From Candidatus Poseidoniaceae archaeon (GTDB taxonomy: Archaea; Thermoplasmatota; Poseidoniia; Poseidoniales; Poseidoniaceae), in the NCBI GenBank assembly GCA_943789275.1, contig CALSTM010000002.1:630001-662000 (forward strand): 32,000 nt of DNA. Reading direction: 5' to 3'. The notes below the pieces were generated by a model. It ran no database searches and was not told the origin of the DNA. It was given only the letters and a program-made list of their open reading frames with translations. Below, in pieces: positions 8,061 through 16,337 of the stretch. A program made the position numbers and the translations under genes. Numbering within the stretch: the first letter of the stretch is position 1; each line of letters starts with the position of its first letter.

Positions 8061-10424
8061 ATGGGCCAAGGCAAGAAACGTAACAACCGTGGTTCAAAGA
8101 AGAACAAAAAAGGACCACAAATCTCTGATGTCGAGCGGTTATGGAAGCGTTTAGCGAGTCACTTTGCCGCCCAAGAAGAGTTGTGGAAGAAATCTTGGAG
8201 CAGTGAAGAAATTGCTACATTCCTTATCGATAAAGAAGACCTAGGCAAGCAATATGCTGGTGATTCTCGACCGGAACGGGTGTTTCGCAGTTCCATCGAT
8301 GAAACGATGGCACATGCCCGTGCAAAAAGCGAAAACTTCGTTCAAGTGGAAGACAAGAAGGTCCGGATTCGCAGTCCTGATGAAATCAAACGCATCAAAG
8401 AGGCTGTACTCGACTGGCAAGCATTCAGCGCAGTACACGCAACCAAAGGCTCGACCGGACTTCATGGTCGTCCAGCCCTCAGTGGCCCGGATGCTCCAGA
8501 AAACACCAGTGGAAGAGATGCTGAGAGATATTCACTGCTCGAAGAAGTTTGGCTGGCTCATCTGGGTGGACAAGATTACCCCTCCTCCTTCTCTCTGCTC
8601 CCGGACACAGTCGTCCGCACTTGGGGCACTTTCGATTTGGTAAAAGAAGCCCGATTTATCGCTAACAGGCGCTCAGGACTACGGTTTCGAGATGCTGAAC
8701 CCAGTATGGCATTGCTGCTGATACAATCTGGGCGGTTGAATGCACGCTCGCTGTTGGACTTGCGGCTCGAAAACAAACGCAAAGGCGGCTGGAATCCATT
8801 TCCCCGGACGTACGATGAGGCTCTGGTGGAATCTGCTGAACGGCTACCTGAAGTTGACGGTGAAGGTGAACTTTCCAATCATCGCAGTGACCTAAGACAC
8901 CTTCCGTTCGTAACCATTGACCCTCATGATGCAAAAGATTTCGACGATGCTGTTTGCTTGGTTGAGAAGGACGGTATCCGAACCCTTTGGGTCGCCATTG
9001 CTGATGTGGCTCATTATGTTGAGCCGGACACCCGTTTGGACACCGCCGCTCGCGCTCGGGCAACATCGGTCTACCTGCCGCACACCGTTCTCCCGATGCT
9101 GCCGCCACGGCTGGCCGATGACCTCTGTTCCCTGCGTGCTGGCGTTGACCGTCTTGCAATGGTTGTTTCAATGGAAATTGGCAACGACGATACCATCGTC
9201 GAATGCAAGGCGTTTGAAGCAGTGATTCGGGTTGTTGAAAACATGGCTTACGAAGATGCTTTGGACAATCCACGCTTTACCGACATGTTTGAACTGGCCG
9301 ATTCCTGGCAGAAAAAAGAAGTTCGCCTTAACATCCAAAATGCAGAACTCCGGCCTCGATTGCATGGTGACGAAAACATTCGAGTCGAAATCAAATGGCC
9401 AAACGCCGCCACACAAATGATCGAATCGTTCATGGTCGCAACCAATGCCTCAGTCGGGCATTTACTGGGTAAAGCCGGCGCACCGCTACCATGGCGTTGC
9501 CACACGCCGCCTGATGCCGTGGAAGTGGAAGAACTGAATGCAAAACTTTCAGCATTGGGCGTTAACATCGAACTGCCCCTTCCAAGTTATCGGACGCACG
9601 GCCAATCCGAAGAAGGTGAACTGGCAGACTTACTGGCAGGTTGGGCTGGCGGCTCAGTTGATGTTTCTGGGCTGGAGAGTGAAACAACAACCAGCAACGA
9701 CACGCCGGAATACCTGGACAGCGTCCTTGATGCTGATGCACGCCAGGAGATTCTCGATGCTCTGGATAAAGCTCAGGAGCAAGCCTCCGAACTCAAAGGA
9801 CCCGTTCGCAGAGTGGTGGACCAAGGATTGTTCCACCTCATGCAACGGGCCAGTTACAGTGAAGAAAATCTTGGTCATTTTGGGTTAAATCTCGATGCGT
9901 ATGTGCATTTCACCAGCCCGATTCGACGCTATCCCGACCTCATGGCACACCGGCAACTCAAAGCACACTTGCGAGCAGAGCAATGGGTTCATTCTCTCGA
10001 AGAAACGGCAAAAATAGCCAAACATTGCAGCGAACAAGGTCACACAGCCAAACGAATGGAGTGGGAACTTGTAGCGAATGCGTACCACCTACACTTGTTG
10101 CGCGGTGGGAAAATCGGAGGTGAAAGTTCTACAGAATCCACGCCCCTGGAACATACTTCGTGGCCCGCTCGAATTACCGGCTTGCGTACACCTTGGATTT
10201 TCCTTGACTTAGCAGACGATGGCGCAATTCACGGCCGGATGCATCTGCGCCAAATCGGTGGTAAAACCCAAATGAGCATCGACGAATATGGGCTTGCGGT
10301 CATACCAGCCGAACCAGATGCTCGAGGAGAACAAGAGCCGGTCGTTCAACTCGGCCAAAAATTCCCTTGCCGGTTGCGAGGCTTGGATGTATGGGCTGGC
10401 TCATTGGACCTCGCCCCACAGTAG
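8061..10424 (+). CDS. rnr: Ribonuclease R / RNase II family 3'-5' exoribonuclease
   Basis: 787 aa. RNB catalytic motifs are present (FVTIDPHDAKDFDDAVCL, LWVAIADVAHYV, SVYLPHTVLPMLP, HFGL...YVHFTSPIRRYPDL), followed by an S1-like C-terminus. It starts 8 nt after the J-protein stop, behind a GGTGG Shine-Dalgarno. Confidence 0.9.
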   Translation: MGQGKKRNNRGSKKNKKGPQISDVERLWKRLASHFAAQEELWKKSWSSEEIATFLIDKEDLGKQYAGDSRPERVFRSSIDETMAHARAKSENFVQVEDKKVRIRSPDEIKRIKEAVLDWQAFSAVHATKGSTGLHGRPALSGPDAPENTSGRDAERYSLLEEVWLAHLGGQDYPSSFSLLPDTVVRTWGTFDLVKEARFIANRRSGLRFRDAEPSMALLLIQSGRLNARSLLDLRLENKRKGGWNPFPRTYDEALVESAERLPEVDGEGELSNHRSDLRHLPFVTIDPHDAKDFDDAVCLVEKDGIRTLWVAIADVAHYVEPDTRLDTAARARATSVYLPHTVLPMLPPRLADDLCSLRAGVDRLAMVVSMEIGNDDTIVECKAFEAVIRVVENMAYEDALDNPRFTDMFELADSWQKKEVRLNIQNAELRPRLHGDENIRVEIKWPNAATQMIESFMVATNASVGHLLGKAGAPLPWRCHTPPDAVEVEELNAKLSALGVNIELPLPSYRTHGQSEEGELADLLAGWAGGSVDVSGLESETTTSNDTPEYLDSVLDADARQEILDALDKAQEQASELKGPVRRVVDQGLFHLMQRASYSEENLGHFGLNLDAYVHFTSPIRRYPDLMAHRQLKAHLRAEQWVHSLEETAKIAKHCSEQGHTAKRMEWELVANAYHLHLLRGGKIGGESSTESTPLEHTSWPARITGLRTPWIFLDLADDGAIHGRMHLRQIGGKTQMSIDEYGLAVIPAEPDARGEQEPVVQLGQKFPCRLRGLDVWAGSLDLAPQ

Positions 10425-10428
10425 TATT

Positions 10429-10459
10429 GTAGTCAAAACCAAGCGTTTATATTGACTAC
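10429..10459 (+). promoter_or_regulatory. Candidate cop-operon promoter/operator: an 8-bp inverted repeat enclosing a TATA box
   Basis: GTAGTCAA (10429-10436) and TTGACTAC (10452-10459) are exact reverse complements. TTTATATT (10446-10453) lies between and overlaps them, centred about 26 nt upstream of the ATG at 10475. That spacing is expected for a leaderless archaeal transcript. Confidence 0.4.
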
Positions 10460-10474
10460 ATTAAACGCAGTTAC

Positions 10475-10657
10475 ATGGCTCGTATCAAAGCAGAGAGGTG
10501 CAATTGCGGTTGCAAGATGAAGCGGCTATACACTCGCGCCGAAGGCGGCAAAGGTTGGGATCAAGTTGGCTGGATGTGTACATGCGGGTGTGGATGCGTC
10601 TCTATGGATGAAGGCGAATGGAGCCTTACCGGATGTACAGACCAAGGGTGTTGTTGA
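10475..10657 (+). CDS. Small Cys-rich protein (60 aa, 10 Cys), putative metal-binding protein of the cop operon
   Basis: MARIKAERCNCGCK...WMCTCGCGCV...TGCTDQGCC, giving the pattern CxCxC-x21-CxCxCxC-x12-C-x4-CC. It starts at leaderless distance from the TATA box and ends 14 nt before copA, which has its own GAGGTGG Shine-Dalgarno. Confidence 0.5.
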   Translation: MARIKAERCNCGCKMKRLYTRAEGGKGWDQVGWMCTCGCGCVSMDEGEWSLTGCTDQGCC

Positions 10658-10671
10658 GCTGAGGTGGTAAA

Positions 10672-12951
10672 ATGTCAACCGAATCGTTCGTTTTAGATGT
10701 AACAGGAATGACCTGTGCATCGTGCGTTGCATCGGTTGAGAAAGTGACGCTCCGTGCCGAACAGGTGGAGAGCGTTTCAGTGAACCTTCCCTTGCAACGC
10801 GCCGTTGTGAACGTGTCTTTAGACTCCAATGTTGAATCGACGAAAAGAAGCGTTATCGCTGCTCTTGAACGGAGTGGTTTTGGAGCCAAAGAGCATCGTG
10901 GCAGAACAACGATGATTGAGAATGCTCGAAAAGATTTACGCGCTCAATCACGGAAAGTAGTGCTCGCTTTGCTGATGGCTATACCCACTCTCTACCTCAG
11001 TATGTTTGCCGAGGATTTTGGTGAACTGAACGGCGTCAATACCCGTTTGTTGCTGGCTCTTGTCGGAACCGCTCCAGTCTATTTTTGGTCAGGATGGCAA
11101 TTTCATTCCAATGCTTGGAAAGCCTTGCGTTCAGGTTCGGCCAACATGGATGTGCTGATTCATTTAGGGACAAGTGTGGCCTTCCTTTGGTCAAGTTTGG
11201 TCACCTTATCGCCACTTCTCAGCATCCTACCGCCGGTATTCTCAAACTCAAGTCATGTATTCTTTGATGGAGTTGTATTCATCATCGGATTTGTGTTGCT
11301 CGGAAATTGGATGGAAGCAGGTGCCAAACTGAAAGCCACCGATGCAGTTCACGGTCTAATGGATTTACAACCAAAGCGAGCTCGCTTGGTCATCGATGAA
11401 GAACTTGGACATACCGATATGCAAGATGTCGCCGGAGTCCCGATTGGTTCGCTGATCAAAATTTTACTCGGCGAAACTGTTCCTCTCGACGGCGTAGTGC
11501 ACCAAGGAAAAGCCAGTATTGACACCTCAATGATGACCGGAGAACCTTACCCGGTTCGAAAGAAAGAAGGAGAACACGTCTCGGCAGGAACGCTCGTTCT
11601 CGATGGAACAATTCTCATCCGTACCACGCACAGTTCCGAAGATACCTTGCTTGCAAACATCATTCAACTGGTTGAGGATGCACAGATGGGCAAGGCCCCA
11701 ATACAACGGCTCGTCGACCGAGTTGCTTCGGTTTTTGTCCCCGTTGTCGTCGTGTTTGCGTTCACAGCGGCGATATTTTGGTGGCTGTATCCCGATTCAG
11801 CGTCGTACAATCCCATGGATTCAAATTTAGAATTGGCCATGATGGTGTTGGTGTCCACCCTCGTCATCGCTTGCCCGTGCGCTCTGGGCTTGGCTACACC
11901 GACAGCGTTGATTGTTGGCACAGGCGTAGGCGCCCGAAACGGATTGCTCATCAAAGGCATAGAAGCACTCGAACACGCCCACAGAGTTGACACGCTCATC
12001 GTCGACAAAACGGGGACGTTGACATCAGGAAAACCGCGAGTAAGCCATATTGAGTTGCTTGATTGCGAAGTGAAAGAAATTCTTTCCATTGCTGCTTCTC
12101 TTGAAGCCGAATCAACGCATCCTCTTGCGGACGCCATTCTCACCTCGTGGTCGAATGTGACCTCAACTCGCCCACAACTGACCGAAATCCAAACGCTTCC
12201 TGGGCTGGGGATGATTGGCGAAAAGGATGGCGCCTTAGTTGCGGTAGGTAACATCGAACTGATGGAAGAAATAGGTGTTCAAATCAGCGAAGAAATCTTC
12301 GGAAAGCTTAGTGCTGCTGCAACCAAAGGTGTTACGCTCGTGTTGGTAAGTCAAGGGTTGAAATTGCTTGGCTGGATTGAAGCACGGGACCGGATTCGTG
12401 AATCCACAGAAAAGGCTGTTCAAAGAGCCCAAAAAGCCGGTTATGACGTCATCATGTTGACCGGTGATCGAAAAGAGGCCGCTGAAACGGTCGCTCAAGA
12501 AGTTGGAATAAACACGGTTGTTGCCGGAGTGAAACCGGACCAGAAGGCTGCTCATGTTCAAGAGTTGCAAAATCAAGGGCGATACGTCGCCATGGTTGGA
12601 GATGGAATCAACGATGCAGCAGCTCTCTCTACCGCCCACGTGGGAATTGCTATGGGAGCGGGTTCAGACATCGCCATGGACGCTGCTGACTTTGTCTTGT
12701 TGAGAAACGACTTGATTGATGCTGTCTCCTCATTGGATCTTGGGAAGAGCACCATGCGCCGAATTCGAGTGAACCTTGGTTGGGCGTTTGTCTACAATGC
12801 AGTGGGAATTCCATTGGCCATGGGTATTGCGCTGCCATTCACCGGCGTCCTGCTCCCACCGGCTTTCGCTGCTGCAGCAATGTCGCTCTCGTCGGTCAGT
12901 GTAGTGGCAAATTCGCTGGTATTGCGCTGGTGGAGCCCCATCAGTGAATGA
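10672..12951 (+). CDS. copA: Copper-translocating P1B-type ATPase
   Basis: N-terminal HMA domain with GMTCASC, TGE loop (MMTGEP), CPC in a TM helix (VIACPCALGLATP), phosphorylation site DKTGTLT and hinge GDGINDAAAL. Confidence 0.95.
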   Translation: MSTESFVLDVTGMTCASCVASVEKVTLRAEQVESVSVNLPLQRAVVNVSLDSNVESTKRSVIAALERSGFGAKEHRGRTTMIENARKDLRAQSRKVVLALLMAIPTLYLSMFAEDFGELNGVNTRLLLALVGTAPVYFWSGWQFHSNAWKALRSGSANMDVLIHLGTSVAFLWSSLVTLSPLLSILPPVFSNSSHVFFDGVVFIIGFVLLGNWMEAGAKLKATDAVHGLMDLQPKRARLVIDEELGHTDMQDVAGVPIGSLIKILLGETVPLDGVVHQGKASIDTSMMTGEPYPVRKKEGEHVSAGTLVLDGTILIRTTHSSEDTLLANIIQLVEDAQMGKAPIQRLVDRVASVFVPVVVVFAFTAAIFWWLYPDSASYNPMDSNLELAMMVLVSTLVIACPCALGLATPTALIVGTGVGARNGLLIKGIEALEHAHRVDTLIVDKTGTLTSGKPRVSHIELLDCEVKEILSIAASLEAESTHPLADAILTSWSNVTSTRPQLTEIQTLPGLGMIGEKDGALVAVGNIELMEEIGVQISEEIFGKLSAAATKGVTLVLVSQGLKLLGWIEARDRIRESTEKAVQRAQKAGYDVIMLTGDRKEAAETVAQEVGINTVVAGVKPDQKAAHVQELQNQGRYVAMVGDGINDAAALSTAHVGIAMGAGSDIAMDAADFVLLRNDLIDAVSSLDLGKSTMRRIRVNLGWAFVYNAVGIPLAMGIALPFTGVLLPPAFAAAAMSLSSVSVVANSLVLRWWSPISE

Positions 12952-12981
12952 GTTCAAATCACACCACTTCTTCATCATCAC

Positions 12982-13194
12982 ATGGACCAAGCTGTACATG
13001 CCGTCTCTATTGCTGGAATGACGTGCGATGGGTGCTCCAGCAGAATCAATCGAGTTTTGGAATCAACTCCAGGAATTCTCAAGGCTGAAATCTCTCATTC
13101 CAAGGGTACTGGAAAAGTCACCACATCCGCTGAAATAACGATATCCACCGTGCTCCACATCATCAATTCAGCTGGATTTGAAGCACACGCTTGA
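12982..13194 (+). CDS. copZ: Copper chaperone, single HMA domain
   Basis: 70 aa, VSIAGMTCDGCSSRINRVLE..., a ferredoxin-like HMA fold with the MxCxxC motif. Lies immediately downstream of copA. Confidence 0.9.
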   Translation: MDQAVHAVSIAGMTCDGCSSRINRVLESTPGILKAEISHSKGTGKVTTSAEITISTVLHIINSAGFEAHA

Positions 13195-13235
13195 AGCGTT
13201 TCATTCAAATCCAAGAGGCGCCGCCATCAGTTTGC

Positions 13236-13319
13236 GCGGGGGTCGCCCAGCTTGGTCAACGGCGGTGGGTTTAGGTCCCATTCCTTATCGGTTCGCAGGT
13301 TCGAATCCTGCCCCCCGCA
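13236..13319 (+). tRNA. tRNA-Leu, anticodon UAG, with long variable arm
   Basis: Manual cloverleaf. Acceptor stem GCGGGGG/CCCCCGC. D-loop with GG. Anticodon stem GUGGG/CCCAU with loop UU-UAG-GU. 13-nt variable arm. T-arm GCAGG-TTCGAAT-CCTGC. Discriminator A. CCA is not encoded. Confidence 0.9.
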
Positions 13320-13535
13320 TCTCATTCAGTCATGCAGGTGAGAACCATGTGCACGCAGTGAACAAAGGTGAGAATCCTGCCCCCCGCATCTCATTCAGTC
13401 ATGCAGGTGAGAACCATGTGCACGCAGTGAACAAAGGTGAGAATCCTGCCCCCCGCATCTCATTCAGTCATGCAGGTGAGAACCATGTGCACGCAGTGAA
13501 CAAAGGTGAGAATCCTGCCCCCCGCATCTCATTCA
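13304..13535 (+). repeat. Perfect 69-bp tandem repeat (3 full units plus a 25-nt partial unit) that starts inside the tRNA-Leu T-loop
   Basis: AATCCTGCCCCCCGCATCTCATTCA occurs at 13304, 13373, 13442 and 13511. The 44-nt segment between copies, GTCATGCAGGTGAGAACCATGTGCACGCAGTGAACAAAGGTGAG, is identical in all three units. Confidence 0.95.
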
Positions 13536-13922
13536 AACAATTTTCTCAGCACGATTTAGAACCCATTCAAACAGGGAGTCAAGGCTCGGAGCCAATGCTT
13601 TCGCGTCTGAAGTCAATGAATATTCAACGGAAACAGGCACGGTTGGGTAGACCGTTCGAGTCACTAAACCGTGACCTTCCAACTCGCTCAAGCGCCGAGT
13701 AATGGTGGTCGAAGAAGTGCTTGCACGCTTTTTGAGTTCTGAAAACCGCAAGGGAGTCGAGTCACAGTTGAGAATGTATAAAATATTCAACATCTTTGAC
13801 TTCGATAACAGGACCAGTAAGTCATCCACTTGCGCTTTAGCAGAGTCGCACATCCCTTGCATTCGCTCATTTTGCTCTTTGGTCATGGAACGAGGCAGTA
13901 ACATTCTGTTATCAAGAGACAA
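13533..13922 (-). CDS. HxlR-family winged-helix transcriptional regulator
   Basis: LSKSKMLNILYILNCDSTPLRFSELKK....TITRRLSELEGHGLVTRTVYPTVPVSVEYSLT matches the HxlR signature. The true start may be an internal Met (about 13886). Its stop codon lies inside the last repeat copy. Confidence 0.85.
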   Translation of the reverse strand: MSLDNRMLLPRSMTKEQNERMQGMCDSAKAQVDDLLVLLSKSKMLNILYILNCDSTPLRFSELKKRASTSSTTITRRLSELEGHGLVTRTVYPTVPVSVEYSLTSDAKALAPSLDSLFEWVLNRAEKIV

Positions 13923-13994
13923 GTTACAACAGTGTTACAAGAAGTCACCTGTGCCACTTTCTCCCTTATGTACGGAAGGACACCCCCCCGCTCC

Positions 13995-15092
13995 ATGAGC
14001 AACGAATCTCAAGGCAAAATGATGAAAGCAATCGCATTCCAAAAATACGGCAAACCAACACTGTTGGAGAAAAAAGAAATCGCTTACCCATACGGGTTTG
14101 AAGTATCTTCCAACGTCGTCATTAAGGTTCATGCCTCCTCAATCAACCCAGTCGATAAAGCGCTTCTTGGTGGAGATTTGAAAATGGTCCGGCCAGTCGA
14201 TGCATTCCCACATGTGATTTCATACGATGTCGCAGGTATCGTTGAGCAAGCTGACGGGAAAGGTAAGTTCGAAGTTGGGCAAGCCGTATTCGCTCGAATC
14301 TTTGGACACTCCAGTGACGGTGCGAAAACCCCTTGGTACCGTGGTGCTATGGCTGAATACTGTGCGGTGCACACCTCCAACGTGGTCGCAAAGCCAGACA
14401 ACATCAGTTTCGAAGAAGCAGCATCCATCCCGTTGGTTGGAATGACTGCTCTACAGTCGCTCAAAACAGCAGGCCTCAAGGAAGGTGATTCAGTCTTTAT
14501 TTCCGGTGGAGCTGGCGGTGTTGGAACGATGGCCATTCAACTGGCGAAGCATGTGTTCAAGGCAAGTCGCGTTGTAACAACCGCTTCGAAAGGTGAGAAA
14601 GCCGACATGTGTAAAGCACTTGGTGCCGATGAAATTGTTGATTACAAATCACAAAACTTCGTCGAACTGTATTCGGCGGACAGCAAAAAGTTTGATGTCT
14701 GTTTTGACACGACCGCCGAAAGTCTCGACATGAGTAAAATTGTCAAGCAAGGCGGTAACATCGTGACGATTGCAGGCATGCCGACACTTGATGAAATACG
14801 ACGAATCGGAGGCACGGCTTGGATTCTCAAGTTGTTCTTGAAGCGAAAGGTAAAGCGAAAGGAGTACAAAGCTGCACTTGCAAACAACGCTTCATGGATG
14901 TACCTGTTCCTCTCCCCGAGTGCGGAAGACCTCACTGAACTTGCTAATCATCTCACCAACGGCACCATCAAGCCTGTTCTTGACGGAACTTGGGACTTTC
15001 ATTCAGAAGACGAACAAGCAGGATGGAACGGGGCTTTCACCCGCTCGTTCTCCGGACGAGCCAAAGGTAAGTGCGTTGTCAAGATGGTTTGA
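13995..15092 (+). CDS. Medium-chain dehydrogenase/reductase (quinone oxidoreductase / zinc-type alcohol dehydrogenase-like)
   Basis: KAIAFQKYGKP..., the GroES-like N-domain and Rossmann motif GGAGGVGTMAIQLAK. It is divergent from hxlR, a classic pairing. The ATG at 13995 lies about 26 nt from the TATA-like TTATGTAC (13966-13973). Alternative starts are 13932 and 14019. Confidence 0.85.
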   Translation: MSNESQGKMMKAIAFQKYGKPTLLEKKEIAYPYGFEVSSNVVIKVHASSINPVDKALLGGDLKMVRPVDAFPHVISYDVAGIVEQADGKGKFEVGQAVFARIFGHSSDGAKTPWYRGAMAEYCAVHTSNVVAKPDNISFEEAASIPLVGMTALQSLKTAGLKEGDSVFISGGAGGVGTMAIQLAKHVFKASRVVTTASKGEKADMCKALGADEIVDYKSQNFVELYSADSKKFDVCFDTTAESLDMSKIVKQGGNIVTIAGMPTLDEIRRIGGTAWILKLFLKRKVKRKEYKAALANNASWMYLFLSPSAEDLTELANHLTNGTIKPVLDGTWDFHSEDEQAGWNGAFTRSFSGRAKGKCVVKMV

Positions 15093-15427
15093 TCAGCAAA
15101 CATCAGTTGACTGCTGATTCGTTGTAAAGTGATGAGCACTCCTTTTTCCCCGAAACACAAAGTCGTTGATGCGGTGAGAAGAAGGCGTGAATCTCGATAC
15201 TTTGGCCTCATATGCAGAAATTATTGGCCTGATTACAATTCTTGGTGCTGCTGTTTACTCGTGGTTTCAAATTGGCAACCACCTGCTCGTTAATCGCTTG
15301 GGTACCCTTGCGTACACCCGTCGATACAGAGGGGGGCCCTTTGTATCAGTTGAAGAGTTTCTTTAGGATAAACATGTATAAATGAATTCTTTTTTATTAA
15401 TCAATAAAAATTAGGCGATTACTTGTT

Positions 15428-16219
15428 ATGGCTGCATTGCAACGAGAGATCATGGCCAGTCCAATTCTAAGCCCAGATGGGTTATGGGAATGGAATGGGG
15501 AGGAATGGATTCCCTACAAATTTGTACTTGACAACTATAATCACACTAATCTGTTTTTGGAACCCCCTCTCGCTCTATTTGATAAAGAAATAAAACCACA
15601 CCAGTCTATACAGCCAAATCCTTTACACAATATGATTGAACCCCCCCCTCTTCCTTCTCTCGGAAAAAAAGAAACAAAAATGGAGGTTAAAGAAGTTGAG
15701 AAATCTACAACAACACCAACTAACAATGTCAATGACTCAGGCGTATGGAGTAATCAACTTCAAACCTTACTTGGAATAATATTCGTTGTTGGAATACTGA
15801 TTTTTACACCGATTGTTAGTCAACATCAGACAATCGAAAATGGATTTAGTTTACCCAATGGTCAGAGGTATTTTTACGATATTGATTGTCCTGATGGATG
15901 TGAGATTCGAATTAATGTAACGGCAATGGCTTATGGTACATTAGAATTAATCACTGTAGAAGGGAGCGGATATAGATTATGTAATGGCGGCGTTTACTAT
16001 CCTTCCTTATCATCGCCAATCTATGGCGAAACTCATTTTGCAGAATTTTTAGAGCCAGGATCATACTCAATTATTTTTGATAATAGTGACTGTGGAAATG
16101 TTCCGGCTATAACTTACGGCGGTTTAGTGGTCTTTGAAATCACATTATGTAAACCAAAATTCACTGAAGCATCAATTGTTTCAAAATTACAATGTTTCGT
16201 TAAAGAGGAGATATTGTAA
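15428..16219 (+). CDS. Hypothetical single-pass membrane protein (263 aa)
   Basis: ATG ORF in the AT-rich islet. It has an N-terminal SPDGLWEWNGEEWIP motif, a Pro-rich linker and one TM (LLGIIFVVGILIFTPIV). The C-terminal domain is Cys-containing and beta-rich. No family was recognised. Confidence 0.6.
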   Translation: MAALQREIMASPILSPDGLWEWNGEEWIPYKFVLDNYNHTNLFLEPPLALFDKEIKPHQSIQPNPLHNMIEPPPLPSLGKKETKMEVKEVEKSTTTPTNNVNDSGVWSNQLQTLLGIIFVVGILIFTPIVSQHQTIENGFSLPNGQRYFYDIDCPDGCEIRINVTAMAYGTLELITVEGSGYRLCNGGVYYPSLSSPIYGETHFAEFLEPGSYSIIFDNSDCGNVPAITYGGLVVFEITLCKPKFTEASIVSKLQCFVKEEIL

Positions 16220-16300
16220 ATTTATCCTGATGCCTCGAGAAAATTTATTACTGCGTTTAAACAAGAAATAGCACCATCAACAAATTGATTCGGATAAGTT

Positions 16301-16337
16301 GCAAGGGGTTATCCGAAACCCCTTTGCATTTTATTTT
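16301..16337 (+). terminator. Hairpin plus T-tract downstream of the 15428-16219 ORF
   Basis: GCAAGGGG (16301-16308) pairs with CCCCTTTGC (16319-16327), followed by ATTTTATTTT (16328-16337). Confidence 0.4.

Noticed and set aside
13304-13535. CRISPR array (25-nt repeats separated by 44-nt spacers)
   Set aside because: All three spacers are identical, the repeat is part of a tRNA gene, and no cas genes or leader are present. It is a tandem duplication, not a CRISPR array.
13178-13702. 174-aa plus-strand ORF with a threefold 23-aa repeat (NPAPRISFSHAGENHVHAVNKGE)
   Set aside because: It reads straight through the tRNA-Leu gene and the 69-bp DNA repeats, and it overlaps the hxlR 3' end. The peptide repeat is only the translation of the DNA repeat (69 = 23 x 3).
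15092-15118. Hairpin ATCAGCA/TGCTGAT starting at the MDR-oxidoreductase stop codon, as a terminator
   Set aside because: The stem is only 7 bp with a 13-nt loop and no following T-tract. It may be fortuitous.
15187-15366. 59-aa GTG-initiated ORF (MNLDTLASYAEIIGLITILGAAVYSWFQIG...) with an upstream GGTGA
   Set aside because: It is a plausible small membrane protein, but it is below the ORF-track cutoff and has no recognisable family. Its 3' end coincides with a hairpin (GATACAGAGGG/CCCTTTGTATC, 15324-15348). The evidence is insufficient without conservation or Ribo-seq data.
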